Below the pieces are notes generated by a model. It made no database searches. It saw nothing but the letters and a program-made list of their open reading frames with translations, and was not told the origin of the DNA. A stretch of DNA of 64,000 nt from contig JBEWZL010000049.1 in assembly GCA_045837725.1 (NCBI GenBank), positions 1 to 64,000 on the forward strand, written 5' to 3'. The stretch is from Vermamoeba vermiformis. Taxonomy: Eukaryota. Shown one piece after another: positions 26,256 through 37,057 of this stretch. Each line of letters begins with the position of its first letter. Position 1 is the stretch's first letter. The position numbers and the translations under genes were made by a program.

Positions 26256-28431
26256 ATGTCAGATCTGTTGCGAAGAGCGCTCGAGCATTTCGGGCTAACT
26301 AGTTTTAGCTCCGTCAAAGAAGCATTGCGGATACGTTTACAACAGTTAATACCGAAACTAAAACAACGAAAAGTTATGATACCAGCACCTGTAGTACTTG
26401 GTATTGTATTATTTATATTGGATTATTGGATTCGTGTCGTTAAAAAGCCGAAATTGTATCACCACGTTAATGAAACGAATCAAGAAATTCTAAACAAGGT
26501 AAAGTAATAAATCCCAGTAGATTAGCAGTCTATTAATTTATTCATAATATTTTAAATATTAATTTCCGATTTACAATGCTCCTGTGGAATTTATGATTTT
26601 CGCGCGGGATCCAGATCAAAACTACATCATAATTAATCACTAACAAATCCATACATAGTGCCCTTCACTACATCAAGCTTATTGGCCAACTATTTGGTGC
26701 TACAACAATCATTTGAACACGATCGCGGGAGTTTTATTCCGAGGACACGTTAGTTTCGAACGTCGCAGGTAAATTGCAATAACAATATTCTTAATATACA
26801 TCGTTATAATAACAGTTACAAATTATAGAGAAATTCTATCATTGGAAGATAGTGGCGTTTTGGGTTTGGATTGGTTCGAAGATAAAATTACAGCTAATGA
26901 TGACAGAGTTCCTATTGTCTTGTTTATTCCTGGTAAGTATATTACAATTCATATTAAATAATTGCAATTTAATTCTTGTCCCATAAATGAACCATCGCCG
27001 GATCAACTTTTGTACGAGATCCAATTTACTTTCTAACCGACATTCTTCATTTAATAATAGCTTATATATAATTACATGATGCTAATAAAGTGTTGTAGGT
27101 CTTAATGGAGGTTCTCGCTCAATTTATTTGCGACATACAGCGAAAGAGTTGCGCCGTCGAATGCGTGTCAAATGCGTGGCGATGAATTATCGTGGAACTA
27201 ATGGCACTGAATTACTGGTACGATAGATATTCGCAATTATATCGAATTGGTATATTTGCAAGTCAATTTGCCGAAGCAGATCCGGCTAAAATTTTGTTAA
27301 ATTATTTAGTTGCCAGAGAAAATTCACTAATATTGCTTAGAAAGCAAATATATGCGTCATTAATATGTAATCCTTGCATTATAGACTCCGAAGTCATATT
27401 GCGGTGCTTACACGGGAGATCTGAGACAAGTCTGCAACCACATCCGAAACGAGTACCCTGAAGCACCTATTTTTGCAGTCGGATATTCTTTAGGCAGTAA
27501 TATATTGGTAAGTAGATTTGTTTACATATTAAACGTCGCTAGAAGACCTTGCAACTTGACTTCACAGTTCCTAATATTTCCTTATTAGGTTAAATACCTC
27601 GGAGAAGAGGGCGATAAAACCCCATTGAGCGGAGCAGTCTCCGTGTCAAATCCGTTCGATTTTGTCAAGTCCAGCGAAGTTATGGCTAAATCGCCTTTCT
27701 ATAACTGGCAATTGACCTCTAGTACTGTTAAGACATTCAAAGGGTACGTCGTACCGATTACACTATTTGATACTATATGGCATGCTAATGTTGTATTATT
27801 ACAGCCAAAAAGAAGCATATCGAAATGTGCCTGAATTAGATTTTGATGTCATTCTCAAGGTAAGATCCGGCGACAACTCCCACTCCCCTAAAAACGTACG
27901 ATTTCATTCAAATTCGTAAATCGATAGAGCTACTCGCCCACTATATATTGTAATATTATTAGTCCTATAATCGATTATACAGTGTATAACCAATATCAAA
28001 AAGTACCCGGATCTGAACACTTGCTAACGAATTTTTTTGCCTTTTAGTCCCAGAGATTACGCGATTTCGACGACAAATTCACGCGCGTAGTGTTTGGCTA
28101 TCCTAGTGTCGATGATTACTATCGGGATGCTAGTTCAGCCCAGTACATCCACAACATTGCCATTCCAGCGCTGCTCGTCAATGCCTACGACGATCCGATT
28201 GTAGATCCGACAGCACTTCCACGAGAACAAGCACAAAACAATAAGAATATTATATTGGCCGTTACTAAGAAGGGAGGTCACGTGTCTTTTGTCGAAGGTT
28301 TGTGGCCTGGTGGTACTTGCTATGTGGATCGAGTTATTGCGGAGTATATTCAAGCCCTGGTTGAACTTCGCAAAAATAATATTAATAACAATAACGTCAA
28401 TAATAATCACCACGAAGAAGACGAAGAATAG
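26256..28431 (+). CDS. ABHD1/2/3 (YheT/Eht1-like) alpha/beta hydrolase with N-terminal membrane anchor
   Basis: Motifs PGLNGGSRSIY, MNYRG, nucleophile elbow GYSLG, VSNPFD, DDPIV and GGH across multiple exons. Confidence 0.9.
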
Positions 28432-28525
28432 ATCTGGATGCGAATACGGAAACCAACTTGTGAATAAATAAACGTAAGTTTTACTTTTATGTACATTGAG
28501 GTATTATATTAACATTTGTTTAGTA

Positions 28526-29509
28526 TTAAAACATAATAGCGACTGCTGCGAATGCGGTTAACAAAGCAGATCCGTGCAACATTTGACCAGAAGATACGTT
28601 TGGTTGATTGTCTACGAGGATTTAAATTAGTCCCACATTCATCGAAGGTATCACTATTAATGACTTACTATTGTTGCGAGTAGGAGGCAAGGTCGTGGCC
28701 GGAGTTACAACTTGCGTGGGTGCGGAAGTGTCAACAGGTGTCATCGTGTCAGTGGGTGTTTGAGCAACTGGAGCCTCAATAGGTGCAGCTATAGGGACCT
28801 CAACTGATACGGGTGCGGCAACAGGCACCGGCTGGGGTGGCGTGATGGGAACTTCAGCGACGGGAGCAGCGACTGGCACGGCGACTGGTGGATCTACTGG
28901 GGCTGGTTGGAAAATCAAAATTTTAGTTTTCGGTCAAGTTTCAACACTTATTTTTGGATTGTGAATGGTACGTAATTACATTATGAAAGTAACGCTAGGA
29001 AAATTACCATTAGGGTCAACAACGGTGACTTCGCCCATCATCATGGATGCGTGCAACGAGCAATAGTACTTGAAAGTGCCGGCCTTATTGAAGGTATGAC
29101 TAAACGAAGCATTTTCTGTTACATTTAAACTACATTAGAATATCATTTCTTTATAGGTTAATAATTTTCTTACGATTTAGTGATCCAGTAAAAAATCCTG
29201 AATCTAGCTCGCCTGTTCCGTCAATAGTTTGGACTGAATGGGTTTCTCCATCCCACGTAATCCAAGTAATGGTATCCCTTGCGATAAACATTAGACCGAG
29301 TGACTACAGGAATTCTGGATCGAGGTAAAACGTACCCAATGTTGATCGTGTTTTTGTAATTAACGTATGAGTTCCATTCTAAGATATATTCTTCGCCTAT
29401 TATAGGATACTGTTAGAGGGGCTACATCTTGCTTCAGAAGCCACGTACAAGAAGCTAGTAAAGCAAATCCACCCAGGATGAGTAAGCACAACTGAATATT
29501 TTTGTTCAT
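28526..29509 (-). CDS. Secreted, probably GPI-anchored cupredoxin (plastocyanin/amicyanin-like) with Pro/Thr/Val-rich stalk
   Basis: Signal peptide MNKNIQLCLLILGGFALLAS. Type-1 Cu ligands H, C, H and M in GDTITW...THSV and FSHTFNKAGTFKYYCSLHASMMMGEVTV. PVAAPV-rich stalk and hydrophobic C-terminus ALLTAFAAVAIMF*. Confidence 0.85.
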
Positions 29510-29867
29510 TTTCTGTTTTTTGTGGTTACGCGTTCAAATTTAGACTGGACTAATGTTCTGAAATTATCCAAATATTTTTGTTGGGGGTTGCGAAACTCGA
29601 AAAGAATTTTAAGAAATTTCGGATGGATTTGACTCTTGTCTATGTTTTTTTGTGGTTGGTTCTGTGAATAAATTATCCAATGTACAATGGAATGCTCGAC
29701 CAATACTGAAATCTAATCCTTCGTGTTCAGGAAATTCAGAGCTGGTTCAGATCTGCTGGCTCTTGTTATTGAAATACGTATTTATTTCATTTATCACTTG
29801 GGCGTGCAATTATTACGGTCGTATTAGACATTCAAATATAAGGTTCTTTTGGCGCCACAAAGCCAAA

Positions 29868-30128
29868 ATGGAATCTGATCCTACCTCCATTCAAATGTCT
29901 GATCTTGGCGAGCCTGGCAAGGACAACGAGTACGGTTACGGCAAAATTAATGCGCGTCATTGACCGTCTTCAATATGCCTTCGTTCATCAGTTTCTGCGA
30001 CTTAATTGAGATTGACGGCTACGAGCGCGAATATTGGTAGCACGTTTTCAACTTGGAACGGTTCTACATGTCGCTTTTAACGGTAACGTTTGTCTTGATT
30101 TTAAGCATGATTTTGATATTAGTATAGT
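29868..30128 (+). pseudogene. Degraded fragment of a subtilisin paralog C-terminus
   Basis: Encodes SDLGEPGKDNEYGYGKINA, matching TDIGTPGKDNEYGYGRVNP of the downstream gene. It is followed by broken frames and a hydrophobic tail (LLTVTFVLILSMILILV*). Confidence 0.6.
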
Positions 30129-30542
30129 TGGCACTGCATACTTAGCCCTGGAGCAAAGTCACCTTCAACGCCTAGATCTGCAACGTCGGATGCCAGTCAG
30201 TTAACGTCATGGTTTGGAACAATTATTACGATCCTTTGTCAAGCCTTGTGAGTACTTCTTTTCTATTATGGAATACAAAGATTAGAAATCATTTTGTGTG
30301 CATAATCGTATTTACGGTAATTCTGAAAATGTCAATATCAAGCTCGCAAAGATGCGTAAATTAATCAAACGGTTGATACCTCCCTTTCTCAAAAAAGCTC
30401 TACCCAGTTCTTGCCTCTGGAGTTGACCGTTGGCAACTATTGTGACGGGACAAAGAAAGCACTACAGGAGGGAGGCAATTTAGTATTCAACCAAACAAGC
30501 ATAAAAAGTTGACTTTTCTTCCAACCGCTTGAACACCGCACG

Positions 30543-33181
30543 ATGACCACAAAACATAATCTTTTTGTTGCTATTGTCCTCGTTGGCTTCATCTTGCAGG
30601 CCTCGGCAAAGAGGATCTATGTCAAGCAGTCTGGAAGTTCTGCAGCTGAAGGACAACGAGTCAAAGATATTGCATCTAACATTGGATCCATCGTGCATGA
30701 ATTTCCAGAGTTCGGTGGCGCTTCTATCGAGGTAGGTTCAATTAGATTTGTTTACCGGTAGAATTCCGTTAAGGTGACCGTTCAACTATTGCAATATTTA
30801 TTATATTTTAGGTCCCAGATGATTTAGATATTACGTCTCTACGAGGGGACCCGAGATTTGCTCATGTTGAAGAGGTTCCACAGGGTAAGTCGAAAAAGAT
30901 CAGATCTAAGTTAATATTCGCAATTTTTGATTCGCACCGTAGGCCACGCATTAGTTGTTCCTAACGATCCTAGTTGGAGTAATCAATGGGGTCCAAAAAG
31001 TCTGTTAATGGATCAAGTTTGGAATCTGATTCCTTGGAATCAGACACGATTGAAAAACATCGTAAGTAAAGATACAAAGTCTGGTTATGAAGGACAATAT
31101 TAATTTTGATTCTCAAGACTATCGCTGTCTGCGATTCAGGAATTGCTTTGGACCACGAAGATCTTGACACGTCTCACATTATTTGGAGATATAATTACGT
31201 CAGTGGTAATACTAATATTACCGATGATCATTTTCATGGTAAGGGCTTGATTAGAATAGATTCAAAATAGATCAAAATGTTAAAAATAACATTTCCGTTT
31301 AGGAACACACGTCTCTGGAATTGCTGCTGCAACAACAAATAACGCTGTTGGTATGGTATTATATTGATTATAATAATCCCGTTATTTACCCATTATTTGT
31401 AATCATTAGGCGTCGCTGGCATTGCGTACGGAGTTAATTTGATGGTCGGAAAAGTACTTGACAGCACTGGATACGGTTATTATGACGACTGGATGAAGTG
31501 TATCACCGACACTACGAATGCAGGAGCTAACATCATCAATTTAAGTTTCGGCGTAAGTCTGAAAATGGGTATATCCTCAAAAAAATCAGATTCGGATCTG
31601 ACCAATCAAATTTCAGGGCTTGACGAATTCTTCGGATTTAGAAGACGCTGTAAATTACGCCGTGCAAAAGGGTGTATTAGTCGTAGTAGCGGCTGGCAAC
31701 ACCTACCAAAGTAATAACAACGCACCGCACTATCCTGGTGCTTTCGTCAATTCATTCACCGTGGCCAATCTGCAACAAGACGGCACTCGTTCGCCGTCTT
31801 CAACTACGAACAGTTTTGTTGATATTTCCGCGCCTGGTATGTTCGCTATCAAAAAAAATATCTGTGATTGGACCAGTGAATTTCGTAAAATATCGTTTAC
31901 TCGCAATGCGAAACATTACTTCTCATTATTGACCATGGAGCTAGAATCCAGCCTTAAAATAAATCACTAAGCCGGATCTATTTTTCGTTATCGAGATCTA
32001 TGTTAACATTATTTGCATTATTCTGATTTGGTTTTTTGTAGGAACGGCTATTTACAACACAGTGCCTTTGTTTAAAGGCTCTTACAGCTATTTGACCGGC
32101 ACTTCCATGGCCACACCTTGCATCGCTGCAATCTCGGCGCTGTTGATGTCTGCCAAGCCTGGCGTTACCGCTGACGACATTAGAAATCTGTTGCAGAACA
32201 CCGCCACTGACATTGGAACTCCCGGCAAGGTACATTTTTCCTCGCTTTGATTAGCTGAAATTTCCCTAATTCCGCGGTTGATCCAGGACAATGAAATGGA
32301 CGGACGAGCAACCACAAGCCGCAAGGGAGCCGGGGGGCGGGCCGGGGGCGGAGCGACCGGCACCCAGGCCACACCGCCGCGCCCGGCGCGGAGCGCCGCC
32401 GGCGTTACCGCGACGATAGATCTGTTGCAGAACACCGCCACTGACATTGGAACTCCCGGCAAGGTACATTTTTCCTCGCTTTGATTAGCTGAAATTTCCC
32501 TAATTCCGCGGTTGATCTCTAGGACAATGAATATGGTTACGGACGAGTCAATCCACTTAAAGCCGCTAAAGGTAATGAATATTCAATTAATAAGTTACTT
32601 CAACTAATGAGGTAATTCTGACTGGTATGTAGTCCTGTTGAATCAACCGCCTGTCATCTCCGTCGGTACAAGTTACGATTTGACCGTCAATCAAACACTC
32701 TCGCTCAACGTGTCTTGTTCATGTAAGTGTTCATCACATCAATACCACTTTGTCGGAGTATGACTAACGGATTAATGTGTTAGCCGTCGAGTCCTTCGAT
32801 GTGTGCGTCTCATTGAATGTGACCAATGTTCCGGCATTCATGACTGTCACTGAACTTTCGGGCACTGAACTGATGATCGAAGCTACGCCGACTGTCGCTG
32901 ATGGCTCGAGCAATCAAGTGACATTCACCGCCGTTGACACTTTTGACACTGTGACACGTGTCACCGTTACTTTTGCAGGTAAGCTTGAGCCCGTCAATAT
33001 TAAGGCGCCCCCTTAGACTCAATAGGTTCGATGTTAACTCTATCTAATAGTGCCTGATGCTTCAGGAAGGTTCCCCAACTCTCCATCAACGAAAACTCCC
33101 GGATCTGCTACTGTTTCAAGCGCAAGTCAGTTATCGTGCTTAGGAATGGCTTTACTCTTGGCGAATATTATCCTTGGTTAA
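30543..33181 (+). CDS. Secreted S8 subtilisin-like serine protease with prodomain, Ig-like C-terminal region and GPI-like tail
   Basis: Signal peptide; catalytic triad IAVCDSGI, HGTHVSG and GTSMATP; oxyanion-hole AAGN; hydrophobic C-terminus. Contains a probably artefactual internal duplication at ~32.2-32.5 kb. Confidence 0.93.
32186..32517. repeat. Identical ~98-bp direct repeat (32186-32283 and 32420-32517) flanking a GC-rich, T-depleted spacer
   Basis: The exon end and intron are duplicated with a 234-bp period. The spacer is an A/T-stripped version of the neighbouring exons. Confidence 0.9.
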
Positions 33182-33466
33182 GTTCTTAATAAATCAATTG
33201 TTGCAATTTGCTTAACGACTTCGTCATCCTCAAGTCCGAGGCCAAGTTTTTGCTTGCGCAGTAGAGCTATCCAGCTTCATCTTTGAGTAATTACACCCTA
33301 AAGCAATTGTCACGGCAATTCTTTCATAGCAGTTTTATTTCTTTTGTTTTGGTCGCGAGATAAGCAACAAAAATGCACGGGTTTCAGATAACGCGTTTTG
33401 TACGGCGCACAGAAGCTGAAACCAACAAAACGTGATTTGTTAGTTATTTAATGACATCAGACTACT

Positions 33467-35154
33467 ATGGAAGAATTATTCGGAGTAGAAGAGGAGAAGA
33501 AACCGCCATCCGATGTAAGTCGAGCCTGCATTAATTACAAATCTAATTTTAATTTTAAAAATTAGCTAGTCATATGTAATAATATTTTAACATCACGGAC
33601 AATATTTTCAGAATTTTTGGAGTCGAAAAAATTTATTGCAATTATTGGATCCGCCATAAATTTTTTGCACAGCTTTCTTCGTCCATTTTAAATATTATTT
33701 CCTATTCTTAGGTCATAAATGTATCGAATGAGAACCAGTTGTGGGCTGCACGAGAGAAAAATGCTCCGTTCCGTTTCTTCCATTACAATCGGAACTTTAT
33801 TTCACTGAACCAAGCTGCACGACGCGGAAATTACATCGAAAATTTAATGAACGCATTGAAAGATAATAAGAATATCACATCGATAGAATTTTATTGCGAG
33901 ATGAGTGAACGGGATCTGGATCTTTTCAGATCGATGATGCAAATTAACAAGACTATCAAGAAGATCACTATAGTCCATCAATTATTGAAGCACGATACTG
34001 CAAAAATATTATCAGAAATTCTAAGAACAAATTCAACATTAAAGAAATTTACAATCGTTTGGAACAATCGAGATCTGGAAAGTTATCTCGACCCTGGATT
34101 TCAAATATTAAGCGAAGGACTAGAAAACAGTACTATAATCAAGTTATTATTACAAGGCATTCCTTTCAACCAATCACATATTGACAGTTTCGAGAAAATT
34201 TTGAGCGGATCCAAATTTTTGACGCATCTAGAGTTGACAGCAATTCAACGATTACCACCGTATAAACAAGATATAATTAGACCGGCTATAATATCAATGA
34301 GCAACATTACATCGCTTAAACTGGATAAATTCAGCTTGACGGATCCAGAAAGTTCGTTGGTGTCAGATCTCCTGAAAACCAGCAAGAATTTACGAGAATT
34401 ATTATTAATTGACTGTAATCCTAATTGGAGCGTCATACAAGAAGGTCTAGAGGCTAATTCAGTGCTAGAGTCGTTAGTCTTGGAAGATCTGTATGACAGC
34501 CTGATCCCGATGATAACGAAGATCAATAAGACATTGAAGAAATTAAGTATAAAGACTAATAGGAAGAAAATCGTCAATTTTCAGCCAGTTCTTGGAATGT
34601 TGAAAGAGAATTATGCACTTCGAGCTTTAAATTTGAAAGGCTACCAATTGACGCAACGAGATGTGCTGAAAATTTCCCGCTTATTAATGCCCGGATATAA
34701 CCTGCAAATATTGACATTTGATGTGCCAAAGTCGGAACAATACGGCGCTTACGTGCAAATGCTGGATCTGAAAAATAATGACACGTTGACAGAACTTAAC
34801 ATGGGCCCGTGTTGGACAGGGTTTTCAGATTTCAATCTCCCAGTGGGAAATCTCAACGAAATCTTGCTCGATGTACTCAGCGTCAATAAGTCACTCTGCG
34901 AAATGACATTTCAGAACGAAAAAGTTTCAATCGAAGTTCACGATCTGCTCGAGAGCAACAAAGCTGAACGATCACGCGTGCTTAGAAACGCCATATTAAT
35001 TGTAAATATAATAGCTATGCGGCCGAATCAGTTCGAGGTCTTGTTGCCGCTCGACATCTGGGCTGTAATATTTCGGTGGATCCGACATCCAGGCATTTTA
35101 ACAGAATTTGATAGACTCTTTTGGAAACTGATAAAATATTACGCTGATCAATAA
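33467..35154 (+). CDS. RNI-like leucine-rich-repeat protein with C-terminal F-box-like motif
   Basis: Short exon MEELFGVEEEKKPPSD spliced to a long exon with LxxNxTLKKLxI repeats; C-terminal LLPLDIWAVIFRWI. Confidence 0.75.
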
Positions 35155-35199
35155 AAGATCTCACATTGTACCTAAGCTATTCGGAGTTGTTTATTTGTA

Positions 35200-35452
35200 C
35201 TAGTAGTCGGCGGATCTTGTGTTGAGTTCGCGGTCGATCAAATTGCGACGGATCTCCGCTAAGTGAAGATGTGGAATTCGAGTTTTCTTGTTGTAGCAGA
35301 AGCCAGAGAAAAGGTTCCGTAACAATCAGCGGAATGATTTATGACGGACAAATTGATAAAGCAAAACGACTTACCTGCGGAAAAAATTCGGAACCACTCT
35401 CTGCTATCCTGGCTCCGTTATCGAAATCGAACACATAGAAATGATTGCTCAT
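35200..35452 (-). CDS. Putative two-exon 54-aa microprotein (not in the ORF track)
   Basis: ATG at 35452; exon 35452-35375 ends at a consensus CAG|gtaagt donor. A pyrimidine-rich intron precedes exon 35286-35200, in frame to TAG. Confidence 0.4.
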
Positions 35453-35521
35453 TGACTTAAATGAGATATCATTGCAATAAGTCTTGGTATGTACAATAAG
35501 TGGTTGGTGATTAAGTTGACT

Positions 35522-36150
35522 TTACAACACATTCGAGGGATCGAAGTCTGACACGTAGTGCTTGTACATGTTGAACTTGAAGGCAGGAATATTGAGGTAC
35601 ATGTTGCCGTTCTCAAAGGCCACGTCATTTTCGACGCGGAGGCTGCGAATGATGATCTTCTTGTTATTGGTGGCTTCCTGCAAAGCTTCACGAACGAGCT
35701 CATCGCTCCATTGTTTCTCGAAACTACATTATAACTCGTTAGTATTTTAATCGAAACGATTCTTGGTGGCGACTACATCCGCAGATCTGTCGAAAATTCT
35801 GCGAGATTTGGTCTCGTCGAATCGATTGCATGACTTACAACTTAAAAACGTGGTGGAGGTATCCATTGTCGCCATACAAGCCTTCACCAACTTCATGGTG
35901 GAATTGTTCGATTTATATGACGCAACAGAATCTATCAACAGGAGACTACTAGAGCTCAATGCAGGCACGCACTCGCAAGACATGGATCTGCGTTGATCAA
36001 GGCTATCAAGTAGTCGTCCAAAGAGGGCTCAGCAGAGAACTCAAACTCGATGCCGGTGAGTTCCTTAATCTTGTTGAGGTACTCTACACGCTTGGATTCG
36101 AAGTCTCGCAAGTTCTTCTTGTGTGCAAGGGTGATCTTAGCTTCGGCCAT
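35522..36150 (-). CDS. Small uncharacterised soluble protein (3 exons)
   Basis: Reads MAEAKITLAHKKNLRDFESKRVEYLNKIKELTG...GEGLYGDNGYLHHVFK|FEKQWSDELVREALQEAT... with coding-like codon usage. The exon 1/2 junction is not cleanly resolved. Confidence 0.65.
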
Positions 36151-36450
36151 TTTGGATTCGATTTGTTGCTTAGTGTCGTTATTTAGAATAGAATAGGAAT
36201 CATTATTTGATTGTATTTTGCATTTTTATGTCGCTCCTTTGGCGCTATTAGCAGAATTTACCGATTATTTTCTGATGATCCGAAATTAGAAGAAAGGATC
36301 CGTACAATTAAAGAAGGGTTGTTTAGAACCGATTAAGAAACTAGAATTCCAGGGTACCATCAATATTCATGCTCAGTTATTGAGTCTCACGTCTTGCGAA
36401 GCTCGGATCGTCATCATTTTTGTTTATTTTTGTTGTTCGAAGAGATCGCA

Positions 36451-36964
36451 ATGGGTTTCCTGTATTGGCTGCTCGTATCCGTAGGAACGCCTGCTGCTAT
36501 ATTAGCAGACCCTATTGCAATACTTTCGGCAGTATTATTCATTTACACGACAGATCGAGTCAATAAGTTGAAGGGCGGAGTATCCCAGATCAGCCAAAAC
36601 ACGCTCATTAAATTTACTGCTATTTTTGGCATAATTAAAGTCTTGTTAATGTATTTTATAGCGCCGCAGCACAGTAAGTAAGCCCGTGAAAAATATTTCA
36701 AAATATTATGACGAAATTATTAAGCCTTCAAATGCGTTAGATAGATAGATAGTAATTATTTTACCTTTAGTATGGACCTTATTAGCATTTCATAGTCTTG
36801 CTCTCAGCGCTATTCCGCTTCATATCCTCTGGACCGCATCTCTTGTCAAATCTAACTTGACAGTCATAATTCCAGCTTCGTTAGCATCATTGGCAATAGT
36901 CGATGGTCCTATATTAATATATATGATATATAATGTATTCTATCAGTCTCCTCTGGCAAACTAA
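36451..36964 (+). CDS. Small multi-pass membrane protein (2 exons)
   Basis: About four hydrophobic segments; GT-AG intron at ~36674-36770. Confidence 0.55.
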
Positions 36965-37057
36965 ACTTTTCTGTTCGATCCAAACACCAAAACGCGTTAG
37001 TTTTTGGCCACCCGGGCCCTTGCAATCTGGATCTATAATTTACGCGCTAATTGTGAT

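Noticed and set aside
32266..32484. GC-rich ORFs suggesting a foreign or mobile insertion
   Set aside because: The sequence is a base-stripped copy of adjacent exons with no TIRs or TSD; treated as an artefact.
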